Shown piece after piece: positions 1 through 10,089 of a DNA stretch of 64,000 nt (within the stretch, counting starts at the first letter, position 1; each line of letters opens with the position of its first letter). Origin of the DNA: an uncultured Ignavibacteriales bacterium (GTDB lineage Bacteria; Zixibacteria; MSB-5A5; GN15; FEB-12); NCBI GenBank assembly GCA_964489705.1, contig CAZAZQ010000005.1:101496-165495 (forward strand), written 5' to 3'. The notes under the pieces were generated by a model. That model did not search any database and was not told where the DNA came from. It worked only from the letters and a program-made list of their open reading frames with translations. The position numbers and the translations under genes are program-made.

Positions 1-1
1 C

Positions 2-2998
2 GGAGTTTCTCCTCGGTTTGTCAATCATCCCTATACCGACAAAAACGTGTATTGGCTGACGGTTTCCGGGATACCCACGGTGGGGAAGAGAATGCCGCTG
101 GTGAGTGCCGCTCCCAACGGAACGGTCGATACCGTTATTACCGCTTTTACGCGGCGGGTACACTCCGAGCAAGATAACATCCTGCGGCGGTTGAACAATG
201 GCGACATAAACGATTACTACACCTGGTATTGGACGAACGACGAGTGGTTGACCTTTTTCGTCCCGGCATACGGGGTGGTGACCGGAGAGACGGCAAATGT
301 GTGGCTGACCGGGCGGACGTATGACAACGGCAGTCCGGACGAACGCGGCTATATTGACATGGAAGTCAACGGCATTCCCGCTTTCAACAAGACCTGCAAT
401 CGTTTTGTGTGCAGTTATCAAACGGCATCTCTGCACGAAGGTCTCAACGAGATTCGCCTGCGCCTCTGGCCTGAGGTGGATGCGCCGCCTTACTTTGATT
501 ACATGAATCTGGAATATCTCAGCCGGATGGTGCCGGTAAACAACAGTCTCGATATCCCGTTGAGTGCCGTTCCTTTCGATACGGCACGATTGGAGATAGA
601 AGACGGCTTTGACGCCCCGGTGATGGTGCTGGATATTTCCTCTCCGTTGCAGCCCGCAATCTTGACCGATTTCTCCCGTGCCGACGGAAAGATATCATTG
701 GATGTCGGCCTGGAACCGAGCGGCGTGAACCGTTTCTATGTCGGCACGATTCAACATGCCCTCGGACCGCTGGCAATTGAACAGGTTTTTCCTCGGGATC
801 TGCGTACCGCATCGACGCAAGCGGATATTCTCGTCCTGACGACGAGTGACCTTGTCGATGGCTTGAGTGAATATATCGATTATCGAGAGAGTAATGGATA
901 CTCAATAGAAGTTGTAACGGTCGGGGATGTTATGGATAACTTTGCCTACGGGTTGTACGATCCGACGGCGATTCGCGACTTTTTGAAATACGCCTATGAG
1001 TTCTATCCTCCGCCGGCGCCGTCGATGGCGTTGCTGGTGGGGGACGGCACGTATGATTTTCTCGACCATTTGGGTACCGGGATGAAAAATTACGTCCCGC
1101 CCTACATTCACCCCTACGACGAGTCCGCCTCCGATGACAACTACGTCTACTTCGGAACCTATGGTATCCTCGACAGCGACACCAGCTTCGATACCAGCTA
1201 TGTCCCGGGTGACCGCGGCTATGATATGCTTATCGCCCGTCTTCCGGTGCGAAGCGGCGAGGAGCTCGCTGCCGTCATTGCCAAAACCAAGCGCCATGAA
1301 TCCCTGACCGACTTCGGGGTCTGGCGGACGAAAATCACCTTGGTGGCGGATGATGAGTACGGCAATTATCAAAACGAGAGTTTCCATGTCACCCAAACGG
1401 AAGTGCTGGAAAAAGAGCATATCCCTTCACTCTATCAGCGAAATAAAATTTACCTGTGGGAATATCCTTTCGTCAACCGCGAGAAACCGGCGGTCAATGA
1501 CGCTATCGTGAAAGCGATTAACGACGGCACCTTGATTGTCAACTACGTGGGACACGGCAACCCTGACGTGTGGGCGCATGAGCATGTCTTCACCCGCATG
1601 GGGGACGTACCGCGCTTGCACAACTATGACTACCTGCCGCTTTTCTTTACCGCTTCGTGCGCTATCGGCTTTTTCGATGACCCGAAACGGGAAGGAATGG
1701 CGGAAGACTTGTTGAGCCTGCCGTCCGGCGGGGCGGTGGGGGTAATCTCGGCGACCCGGTTGGTGTATGCCACCGACAATGCCTTGTTCAACCAGAAAGT
1801 GTTTGACGTGCTGTTCAACTACGATTCCCTCACCGTTGGAGAGGCGGTCTATACCGCGAAGCTGCTCCGGCAGTATGGAGTATCTCCCATCCCCTCGCCC
1901 AAGGAGAACGACCGGGCGTACTTGCTCTTCGGCGATCCCTGTATGCAGTTGGCAAAGCCGAAGCTTTCGATAACGTTTTCGGAAGCGCCCGACAGTTTGA
2001 CGGCGTTAGCTCAGGCGCGGGTCAGCGGTCAAGTGGTTGATGGAACCGGAGAGGTATATGCCCGCGATGGAACGGTGATCGTGTATGTGTTTGATTCCGA
2101 GAAGAACAAATCCCACGTGGTGGGGACGCAGACGATAGCGTACACCGTAGCGGGACCGTCGATTTTCCGAGGTTCGGCGACGATTACCGACGGGCGATTC
2201 AGTATTGATTTTATCTGTCCTCTCGATATCGGGTATGGCGGGGAAGGAGCGCGGATTTTGACTTATGCGATTTTCGATTCCACCGATGCCGCCGGAGTGG
2301 TTGATTCGTTGCGGGTGACCGACCGGGTAGCGCCGCGAACCGATTCGACCGGTCCCGTCATTATCTATACCTTCCCGGGGCGGGAGAACTTTGTCAGCGG
2401 CGATTATGTCGGAAAAGACGACGAGTTGGTCATAACGTTGACTGATTCGTCCGGAATCAATCTTACCTCGGCATTGGGACACGGGATTACTCTTGAGATT
2501 GACGGGCAGAGCGATAACGTCGTCAACTTGACCGACCGCTTCGAGTATGCCCGAGACGATTACACTCAAGGTAGCCTGAGCTATTCTCTGGAAGAGCTTG
2601 CTCCCGGCAAACATACTTTCAAGATTAAAGCGTGGGATAATGCCAACAACTCCTCGACCGTGGAGTTTGAAGCGGAGGTATTGGCTCAAAGTAGCTTGTC
2701 GCTGATGGATTTGCTGAACTACCCCAACCCGATGCGGGATTCGACTCGTTTTTCGGTCTACCTCAGCCAGCCGGTGGAGCATTTCTTCCTTGATATTTTT
2801 ACTCTCTCCGGAAGGAAAATTAAAAGCTTCGGACCATACTCTCTTACGGCGGGGTATTTTGACGATATAGTATGGAAAGGGGAAGATTACCGCGGGGATA
2901 GGGTGGCAACCGGCGTGTACATTTACAAGGCGACCGCGGTGCCGGAACGCAGCGAAAAAAAAGTGGAAATGTTTGGAAAAGTAATAGTCATAAATTAA
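2..2998 (+). CDS. porU: PorU-like C25 (gingipain-family) cysteine peptidase, a putative T9SS sortase with a C-terminal sorting domain. The 5' end is probably cut by the window edge.
   Basis: The frame is open from nt 2, with no stop before the GTG at 47. YVGHGNPDVW (catalytic His context) and LFFTASCAIGFF (catalytic Cys context) fit clan CD/C25 peptidases. The last ~90 aa (LLNYPNPMRDSTRFSVYL...GVYIYKATAV) resemble a T9SS/FlgD-Ig-like C-terminal domain. A PorV-like gene follows directly. Confidence 0.7.
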   Translation, partial: GVSPRFVNHPYTDKNVYWLTVSGIPTVGKRMPLVSAAPNGTVDTVITAFTRRVHSEQDNILRRLNNGDINDYYTWYWTNDEWLTFFVPAYGVVTGETANVWLTGRTYDNGSPDERGYIDMEVNGIPAFNKTCNRFVCSYQTASLHEGLNEIRLRLWPEVDAPPYFDYMNLEYLSRMVPVNNSLDIPLSAVPFDTARLEIEDGFDAPVMVLDISSPLQPAILTDFSRADGKISLDVGLEPSGVNRFYVGTIQHALGPLAIEQVFPRDLRTASTQADILVLTTSDLVDGLSEYIDYRESNGYSIEVVTVGDVMDNFAYGLYDPTAIRDFLKYAYEFYPPPAPSMALLVGDGTYDFLDHLGTGMKNYVPPYIHPYDESASDDNYVYFGTYGILDSDTSFDTSYVPGDRGYDMLIARLPVRSGEELAAVIAKTKRHESLTDFGVWRTKITLVADDEYGNYQNESFHVTQTEVLEKEHIPSLYQRNKIYLWEYPFVNREKPAVNDAIVKAINDGTLIVNYVGHGNPDVWAHEHVFTRMGDVPRLHNYDYLPLFFTASCAIGFFDDPKREGMAEDLLSLPSGGAVGVISATRLVYATDNALFNQKVFDVLFNYDSLTVGEAVYTAKLLRQYGVSPIPSPKENDRAYLLFGDPCMQLAKPKLSITFSEAPDSLTALAQARVSGQVVDGTGEVYARDGTVIVYVFDSEKNKSHVVGTQTIAYTVAGPSIFRGSATITDGRFSIDFICPLDIGYGGEGARILTYAIFDSTDAAGVVDSLRVTDRVAPRTDSTGPVIIYTFPGRENFVSGDYVGKDDELVITLTDSSGINLTSALGHGITLEIDGQSDNVVNLTDRFEYARDDYTQGSLSYSLEELAPGKHTFKIKAWDNANNSSTVEFEAEVLAQSSLSLMDLLNYPNPMRDSTRFSVYLSQPVEHFFLDIFTLSGRKIKSFGPYSLTAGYFDDIVWKGEDYRGDRVATGVYIYKATAVPERSEKKVEMFGKVIVIN

Positions 2999-3025
2999 GA
3001 TAGGGAAAAGTAGGAGAATGAAAGT

Positions 3026-5785
3026 ATGTTGATGCGGAAATCTTTCATCATTGCGATGATACTTGTTATAACGGCAATGGCGGCCCCGTCGTATGCGGAT
3101 ATTTCCAATGCCGCCGTGCTCTTTTTGAGAATAGCGCCGGGAGCGCGGGCGGTGGGGATGGGTGAGGCATTTGTCGCTATCGCCGACGATGCCATGGCGA
3201 CCCATTGGAACCCGGCTGGTTTGGGAGCCTACCCGTTGGCGGATGCGTGGTTGGAGGAAGAAATTCCCGACGCCTATCGCCCTCTCAAAGCGGTTGCTAT
3301 GCTGAAAAGCGGCAGCGGTTCAGATTACATGTCGTACGATGTCTGGGCAATCACCCCCCAAGGCTTGGCGCGCTATAACCACCGGGAGTGGAATACCGGC
3401 GAGATTTTCTCTACCAAGGCAAGCCAGACGGTGCAGCAAATCGTCAAGTCGTACTTTGGGGTCGACGACGAAGAGCGTTTGGCGGCTATGGCGGAAGAAG
3501 TTGCCAAGGCAAACAACCGCGAGCCGTTCGATTCTCTGCAAGCCCTCCGAGACCTGGTGATGGAAGCCGTTCCACAAGACTACAGCGCTTTACCTTCGTT
3601 GCAGGAAGGGTTCGACAGTGTTCTGGCAGGGTATTATCAGTGTTTGATTAACTGGGACAAAATCGCCGAAGTGCGGTCGCTATTTGCCAAAGGGATGCGC
3701 GACAGTACCCTCAGCGAGATGGAATGCGACCGGATCAACTTCGCTGTGGAGAAAGCCCGTAACCGGTTTATCCCGGAAGAGTTGACGATTCCTTATGCGG
3801 TTCTCTTCGATACCGAATTGACCGCCCTTGCGGCAACGGAGTGGGACTTGTTGGTCGGGACCGAGAACGGTCTGTACGTTTTCAACGGCAAACGCTGGCG
3901 TACGTTGACCTATGCCGAGGAGCTGCCCTCCCCGCGTATTTTATGTCTGTACGCCGATGAGGATATGGTTTTCATCGGAACCGACAGCGGCGTCGCCAAG
4001 TATGCCGGACAACAAGTGACTCCCGTCGGGACTTCCAAGGACCTGCCGAAAGGAGCGGTGACCGCTATCGGAGCGCACGACCGGAATGACGTCTGGATTG
4101 TTCTGAATAATGATCTGTACCATTGGGACGGCACTGAGTGGAAAAACTATTTTGAGTACACGGTCGTGTTGGACGACACTCCGGAGAAAATCGCCGAGAA
4201 ATTTACCATCTACGGCACCCCGCACGAACGGGAGGCTTTCCTTGCCAAGTTTAAGGAATTGAACGCTTCCCTGTTCAACACTCCCGCCGAACCTGAGACC
4301 GCCGTTCCGGACACTACAGGGACAACGGCAGTGGAAACCGACACGGTATCCGCTGATTCACTCGCCGCTAAAGATACGACGGCGGTTGCGGCAAACCCGG
4401 AGACCGCTCAGCCGGTTGAAGGGGAGACGGTTGCACCGGATACGGCAGCGGTGGAACCTCCCCACGGCTTCGGTGCCGGAGCAGTGGTTCGGGTACCTTT
4501 TACGATGGGGTTGAAAGGAGAAGTCACCAGCTTGTTTGCATCGTTCCATCAGGTGTGGGTGGGAACTTCCTATGGTATCCTCTTTTTCGATTACACCAGA
4601 TGGCGGATGCCGGGCTATCGCGATTATGAAGTGAAAGACGGAGAAACGATTGCCGACATCGTCAAGCCGAAAGCCGTCGACAACCCGGCTCGTGCTCAAC
4701 GGTTGGAAGCGGTGGTAAAAGAAATTAACGATGTGGGAGAAGCTCCCCTTGAAGCGGGGGCGACGATAAAAGTTCCCCGTAATCCTGCGGCGGCTTCCAC
4801 TTCCTTTATCGACGGTAATTCCGGCAAAGTGTACTTTGCCACCACGGAAGGGTTGTTTACCTACGATGGGTATCGTTGGAGTTACATTATCCAGAAAGGA
4901 TTGGATCGCACCAACGCCATTTTCGTCCGCCTGCGCAACAAAAACCTCTGGGTGGCAAGTGAAGATAAAATTGTCGTCCATGCCCGAGGACATACGGAGT
5001 TCGGCTTGATGTATGCAAAGTGGCTGCCGGAATTGGCGGACGACTTGTATTACGGTTTCGCAGCGGGAACATTCAATACCGAGAGCTGGGGAACGTTCGG
5101 TGGGAGCATTACCTTCATTTCGTACGGTCGCTTTGCCCGTACCACGACCAGCCCGACGGTTATTGACGAATTTGATTCCTTCGACATTGCCTTTACCGGT
5201 TCGTACGGAACTTCGCTCTCCGACAAGCTCAAGGGCGGTATTTCGGCGAAGTTTATCTATTCACGGTTGGCGAACGTCGGAGCCGGCAAGGAAATGGGGC
5301 AGGGGACTTCCACGGGGTTTGCCATCGACTTGGGTCTGCTCTATCTTGCCAGCCCCCGCTTGCGTTTGGGAATGTCGCTGACGAACTTGGGTCCTAAGAT
5401 GGCGTACATCGATGCGGCGCAGTCGGACGAACTGCCGCGCAATCTGTCGCTCGGGTTTGCGTACAAGTTGATTCGCTCCGATTACTACCATTTCTTGGTC
5501 GCCGGTGAGGTGAACAAGATTATGGTCGGTTTGGGGGACGGCTTGAAAAATGAAATAAAGCAGGTAGTCCTCAACGGCGGAGCGGAGTTTATGTATGCCA
5601 ACACGATTGCCTTCCGCGGCGGGTACATTCACGACGAAGAAGGAAAGTTGAAGACTTTTACGGTTGGGGTCGGTATCTACATCAAGAATACCTTGAAGTT
5701 CGATTTTGCTTACTACTTCGGCAGCGATGTAAACGAGTCCCGGAAAGGCATCAAGCCGTTGACCCTTACCTTTGTGATTCCGTAA
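3026..5785 (+). CDS. PorV/PorQ-family outer-membrane barrel protein carrying a large internal insertion of propeller-like repeats and LysM-like modules
   Basis: An AGGAGA SD lies 8 nt upstream and the protein has a signal peptide (AMAAPSYA). The N-terminus FLRIAPGARAVGMGEAFVAIADDAMATHWNPAGLG and the C-terminal ~270 aa (GFAIDLGLLY, LTNLGPKMAY, LSLGFAYKL, FRGGY, KFDFAYYF) fit a PorV-type barrel. The middle holds six W(V/I)GT..G(L/I)..(F/Y)-type repeats and two LysM-like segments. Confidence 0.65.
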   Translation: MLMRKSFIIAMILVITAMAAPSYADISNAAVLFLRIAPGARAVGMGEAFVAIADDAMATHWNPAGLGAYPLADAWLEEEIPDAYRPLKAVAMLKSGSGSDYMSYDVWAITPQGLARYNHREWNTGEIFSTKASQTVQQIVKSYFGVDDEERLAAMAEEVAKANNREPFDSLQALRDLVMEAVPQDYSALPSLQEGFDSVLAGYYQCLINWDKIAEVRSLFAKGMRDSTLSEMECDRINFAVEKARNRFIPEELTIPYAVLFDTELTALAATEWDLLVGTENGLYVFNGKRWRTLTYAEELPSPRILCLYADEDMVFIGTDSGVAKYAGQQVTPVGTSKDLPKGAVTAIGAHDRNDVWIVLNNDLYHWDGTEWKNYFEYTVVLDDTPEKIAEKFTIYGTPHEREAFLAKFKELNASLFNTPAEPETAVPDTTGTTAVETDTVSADSLAAKDTTAVAANPETAQPVEGETVAPDTAAVEPPHGFGAGAVVRVPFTMGLKGEVTSLFASFHQVWVGTSYGILFFDYTRWRMPGYRDYEVKDGETIADIVKPKAVDNPARAQRLEAVVKEINDVGEAPLEAGATIKVPRNPAAASTSFIDGNSGKVYFATTEGLFTYDGYRWSYIIQKGLDRTNAIFVRLRNKNLWVASEDKIVVHARGHTEFGLMYAKWLPELADDLYYGFAAGTFNTESWGTFGGSITFISYGRFARTTTSPTVIDEFDSFDIAFTGSYGTSLSDKLKGGISAKFIYSRLANVGAGKEMGQGTSTGFAIDLGLLYLASPRLRLGMSLTNLGPKMAYIDAAQSDELPRNLSLGFAYKLIRSDYYHFLVAGEVNKIMVGLGDGLKNEIKQVVLNGGAEFMYANTIAFRGGYIHDEEGKLKTFTVGVGIYIKNTLKFDFAYYFGSDVNESRKGIKPLTLTFVIP

Positions 5786-5791
5786 ACGGCT

Positions 5792-8700
5792 ATGGAGGGT
5801 CGAACGCTGAAACGGAAAATCGGGTTGGCTCTTTTCGTGTTCCTCGGAGCGGTGGCGTTTGCCGCTTCGAGCGGAAGAGCCGAGAAAGTATGGCAAGGGA
5901 AGAAAGTTCCCGCCCCGCCTCCGGAAGGAGACAACCGGGTCGTCTTGCGCGGCTTCGCTTCAGACAGGGGAACTCTTTTGGATTCCCTGTTGGAACGAAA
6001 GATGCCGTGGTCGCTTCCGGCGAAGGCGTTGGAGCCGACTTTCTTGGATACCATCCATATTCTGGTGTTGCGGTTCAACTTTCAAGAGGAAAACCCCGAC
6101 GACCCAAACACGACGGGACGAGGGATTATGAACCTGAGCCGTCCCTTGGACAACCCGGTGGATTCGGCGCTCTATTATGATTCGGTCGGTCATCTGGTGG
6201 ATCCGCCGCCGCATGATTCCTTGTTCTTTGATGCGCACATGAGAGCGCTGCGGCGCTATTACGAGACAGTCTCCGAAGGAAAAATTACCCTGACGTGGGA
6301 CATTTACCCTCCGTCGCGTACCGGCGTCTATCAACTGCCGCACGAAATGAGCTACTACGGGAAATGTTCCTACGATTCGGTCGTCTACGGGCTGGAGCGA
6401 TATTTTATCGACTGTATCCAGTTGGTGGACACGGTGGAACCGGGAATCGTTTTCGGCGATTACGAGTCGATTTTTCTCTTTCATGCCGGTTCCGACCGGC
6501 AAAACGATATCGGTTTCCCCGAGACCTGCTCCGATTTGTTCAGCGGTTTTATTCGTTTCGGCGACTCGATAGCGGTGGATGGCGGCGCCACGTATGTCAA
6601 GACGGCTTTGATTATGCCGGAAACCTCCAATCAAGACAATCGTGCCACGGCGCTCAACGCTGTCATCGCCCATGAGTTCGGGCACCAGTTGGGCTTGGTC
6701 GATTTGTACAATTCCCGGAATTTTATGTCGCAATTGGGAGATTTCGCTTTGATGGACAACAACGGCTTCGGGACGGGGATAGATTTCGGCTTTACCGTCG
6801 GAAGGGTGTTCGGGGCAATACCGTTGTTCCCGTGTGCCTGGTCGCGGGCGTATTTGGGGTATGTCGATGTTTATGACTTTCGTCAGGGGAGCGATATCCG
6901 CATCGTAGCGGCGGAAATCGCCTCTGAAGGGATAAAAATTGCTCGGGTGCCTATCAGCGAAAATGAATACTATCTCATAGAAAACCGACTGGTCGATACG
7001 GACGGACGGGAAACGGCGATGTTGTTGGACGAGAGTACCTACGTTTTCCAGGGTCCTGTCGATTTGAATACCCGTGAGTTTACCGGCGAATACGACTACC
7101 TGATGCCGGGATCGGGAATGTTGATTTTTCATGTGGATGAAGGAGTGGCGGGACTGGATTATGACGGCGACGGAATGAATAATTTCGACGATAACGACCT
7201 GCAGTGGGACCCCGACAGAAAATTCATTTCCTTGGTGGAGGCAGACGGGCTGGTAAACTTCGGCGGTTTTTATCGTGCCGGGTTCGGCAAAGCGGAGGAC
7301 ATGTTCCGCGACGACAGAAACAACGCTTTCACGCCCAACACCAATCCGGCGACCATCGACAACTCCGGCAATAACACCCACATCTACATTATCAACATCA
7401 CTCGTGATACGGTGCTAATCGGAGGGCTGCCGACTCTGTTGGATACCGTCATGACGTTCGATGTCGAAACGGACAAGCTTGCCCCCGGTTTCCCGGTTCG
7501 CGCCGGGGCTCCTGAGTTCGGTTTGTCTCCGATAGCCGACGATCTCGACGGCGACGGCACCGATGAGGTGATTGTCGCTTCCGGGAAAAACCTGTTGGTC
7601 TTTACTACTACCGGCGAGAACTTCTTGCGGAAGGTGACGGGATGTGAAACCTGTCCCTTGTATTACGACACCTCGCAAGCGAGCGTCTATCCCGCACCCG
7701 GGCGAGCGCATCCGTTGCCGTTGTTTGTACGGGCGCTTGATAATATCACCGCCGGACCGGTGACGGGAAATTTCGGCAGCGGTGAAACGACCAAATACGT
7801 CGCGGTAGGGTTTCCCAGTCCTTCCAGCGGCGGCGGCAGCGGATGGGTATGGTTTTATTCCTTTGACGATACCGACGAAAACGGACAAGCCGACCCGGCG
7901 AGTGTGATTACTTTAACCAATGCCGGTATCCCCTTGGCGTTGTCGTTCGGAGAAAAATTTTACGTTTTAACCAGCCGTGGAATTGTGTTCCGCAAAGACA
8001 ACCTCGGCACCGTCGGCTATCCCATCGATACCCTGAGTCATGAATTGTACCACGGGATATGTCGAGTCGGGGAAGCGCTGATTCTTTTGGCTGGTGATTC
8101 CTCGGAGACGGTCGTCTATTATTTGGACAGTGCCTTGACCGATTCGGTGGTTTTGGAGGGAATGTACTCCTTTGGTCCGATATCGGTCGACCTCAATCGG
8201 GACGGAGCGCCGGAAATCGTAGCGGTTTCGCCCGATGGGAAAATCGTCTGTGTGACGGTCGACACCTCGATGGCAACGCCTTCGTTCCATGTTTACAACG
8301 AACGGGAGACCGGCTTCCCTGTGACGACCAACCCGATAGCGGGGGATGTCGACGGCGACGGCTACGCCGATATTGTCATCGGCGGCACCAATGCCGTCTA
8401 TGCGTTCAATCAGGAGTTGATTCTCAAGACTGATTTTCCTCTCGAGGTGAGTGACAAATATCTCGACGACGATGTCATCGCTTCGCCGGTAATGGCTGAT
8501 ATCGTGACGAGCGGTGCAACATCAACTCCCGAAATTGTTTTCCCGACGTATGTCGGCAACGTTTACTCGTTCGGTTTGGACTTGTCTCCCGGATTTCCGC
8601 TCTCCGGCGGTGAACTGGAAGCCGGTTCGCCGGTGATTTTTTCCGACTCTACCGGCGGAAAGCTGGGTTACTTGGGAGCGGACGGGTGGTTCTACGCCTG

Positions 8701-9097
8701 GGAAGTTGAAGCGGACTCCGTCCGGGATTACTGGCTCATGGGCGGACACGACCCGGCTGGAACGTTTGCTTTCGACAATGAAAAACTCCTCTCGCCACAG
8801 CCCGCTGACATTGACTTTCCGCGGGACAAATTCTTTTGCTACCCCAATCCCGTTACGGACGGAAGAGTGACGCTTCGGTACTTTTTGGGGCGGGCGGCGG
8901 AAAACGTCACCATGAACATATACGACTTGTCGGGTGAACAAGTGGCGAACTTGTCCGGGACTACCCTGGGTGGACTGGACAATGAAGTGGTGTGGAACTG
9001 TTCCGGGGTGACGCCGGGAGTGTATCGGTGCGTCATTACGGTGGAATTTGACGGGAAAGAGGAAACGGCTTTTACGGACATTGCGGTAATACGATAA
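5792..9097 (+). CDS. Secreted M6 (immune inhibitor A-like) zinc metalloprotease with FG-GAP/VCBS-type repeats and a T9SS C-terminal sorting domain
   Basis: Signal peptide is present. HEXXH motif occurs in AHEFGHQLGLVDLY. Repeats DLDGDGTDEVIV, DLNRDGAPEIVAV and GDVDGDGYADIVIGG are present. The C-terminus FFCYPNPVTDGRVTLRYFL...GVYRCVITVEF resembles the CTD of the upstream PorU-like protein. Confidence 0.7.
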   Translation: MEGRTLKRKIGLALFVFLGAVAFAASSGRAEKVWQGKKVPAPPPEGDNRVVLRGFASDRGTLLDSLLERKMPWSLPAKALEPTFLDTIHILVLRFNFQEENPDDPNTTGRGIMNLSRPLDNPVDSALYYDSVGHLVDPPPHDSLFFDAHMRALRRYYETVSEGKITLTWDIYPPSRTGVYQLPHEMSYYGKCSYDSVVYGLERYFIDCIQLVDTVEPGIVFGDYESIFLFHAGSDRQNDIGFPETCSDLFSGFIRFGDSIAVDGGATYVKTALIMPETSNQDNRATALNAVIAHEFGHQLGLVDLYNSRNFMSQLGDFALMDNNGFGTGIDFGFTVGRVFGAIPLFPCAWSRAYLGYVDVYDFRQGSDIRIVAAEIASEGIKIARVPISENEYYLIENRLVDTDGRETAMLLDESTYVFQGPVDLNTREFTGEYDYLMPGSGMLIFHVDEGVAGLDYDGDGMNNFDDNDLQWDPDRKFISLVEADGLVNFGGFYRAGFGKAEDMFRDDRNNAFTPNTNPATIDNSGNNTHIYIINITRDTVLIGGLPTLLDTVMTFDVETDKLAPGFPVRAGAPEFGLSPIADDLDGDGTDEVIVASGKNLLVFTTTGENFLRKVTGCETCPLYYDTSQASVYPAPGRAHPLPLFVRALDNITAGPVTGNFGSGETTKYVAVGFPSPSSGGGSGWVWFYSFDDTDENGQADPASVITLTNAGIPLALSFGEKFYVLTSRGIVFRKDNLGTVGYPIDTLSHELYHGICRVGEALILLAGDSSETVVYYLDSALTDSVVLEGMYSFGPISVDLNRDGAPEIVAVSPDGKIVCVTVDTSMATPSFHVYNERETGFPVTTNPIAGDVDGDGYADIVIGGTNAVYAFNQELILKTDFPLEVSDKYLDDDVIASPVMADIVTSGATSTPEIVFPTYVGNVYSFGLDLSPGFPLSGGELEAGSPVIFSDSTGGKLGYLGADGWFYAWEVEADSVRDYWLMGGHDPAGTFAFDNEKLLSPQPADIDFPRDKFFCYPNPVTDGRVTLRYFLGRAAENVTMNIYDLSGEQVANLSGTTLGGLDNEVVWNCSGVTPGVYRCVITVEFDGKEETAFTDIAVIR

Positions 9098-9117
9098 AAA
9101 AATAAAGGATAGGAGCC

Positions 9118-10077
9118 ATGAGAAAGAAAATATGCGGATTGATAATCCTGCTCGCCGCTATGGCGGTGGGCGGAACGGTGGGGGCGATTGAGTTACCGTC
9201 CTCGGTTTTCGAACAGGAGCTCAGCCGGTTGAAATATGAAGGAGTATATTTCGCTTCTGAAGACAGTGCGTGGACGACTCAAGGTGAGATGACCGACGAG
9301 TATACCGGAACCTCGGATCGCCCTGCCGTCAAGTCGCCGATTCGAGCCTTTTTGTATTCGTTGGCGGTTCCCGGTTTGGGACAGTACTATTACGGCAGCA
9401 AAGTCAAGCCGGTGGTCTTCTTGGCGGCGGAAGTCACCTCGTGGGTGTTTTATTTCAAATTCCAAGGGCAAGGTGATGATCTCACTCGGGATTATGAAGC
9501 CTTCAATCGCGCTCACTGGCTTCGGGATCGCTACGAACAACAATTGAAATGGACCTACGACGAAGAGATCCGTAATGCCTACGGGTGGGATAATACGGTC
9601 GATTTGGATACGATGGTCATCGACGATGGGAAAATTTCCGCCACCGAGTTGACCCATGACCTTCCCGATACCTACACCCAGCAGTATTACGAGATGACCG
9701 GGAAGTACGACCAGTTTGCCTGGGGGTGGGACGACGCCGTCTTATACGACAGCTTGACCTTGGATGACTTCGACGCCACCCATCCGCCGCCGGCGATTGT
9801 CGATTCGTCGTATGCTCCGTATTCCGCCCGTCGCTTGCAGTATGAGCGGATGCGGTATGACGCCAACAAGAAATATGACAAAGCCACCCGGATGATTTAT
9901 GTCTCTATCGTGAATCGTCTTATCAGCGCCTTTGAAGCGTTTTTTATCGTCAAAAAACATAACGGTCAGATTGAGAGAGAAACCTGGGATTTGAGCCGCT
10001 TCAAAGTGCGCACGTCCCTGAAGTCGTGCTATACCCGGATGGATACGCCGGTGGTCACGATAACGTACAAGTTTTAA
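9118..10077 (+). CDS. Hypothetical envelope protein (DUF5683-like PG.GQYY motif), paralog 1
   Basis: A GGAG SD lies upstream and a signal peptide is present. The motif LYSLAVPGLGQYYYGSKVKPVVFLAAEVTSW is followed by a hydrophobic helix. The architecture is shared with the next gene. Confidence 0.55.
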   Translation: MRKKICGLIILLAAMAVGGTVGAIELPSSVFEQELSRLKYEGVYFASEDSAWTTQGEMTDEYTGTSDRPAVKSPIRAFLYSLAVPGLGQYYYGSKVKPVVFLAAEVTSWVFYFKFQGQGDDLTRDYEAFNRAHWLRDRYEQQLKWTYDEEIRNAYGWDNTVDLDTMVIDDGKISATELTHDLPDTYTQQYYEMTGKYDQFAWGWDDAVLYDSLTLDDFDATHPPPAIVDSSYAPYSARRLQYERMRYDANKKYDKATRMIYVSIVNRLISAFEAFFIVKKHNGQIERETWDLSRFKVRTSLKSCYTRMDTPVVTITYKF

Positions 10078-10089
10078 GCCGGGAGTGTG

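Noticed and set aside
5960-7381. 473-aa ORF on the minus strand, antisense to the M6-like metalloprotease gene
   Set aside because: It lies entirely inside a well-supported + strand gene and has no recognisable motif. Its Arg/Gly/Val/His-rich composition is typical of shadow ORFs opposite GC-rich coding sequence.
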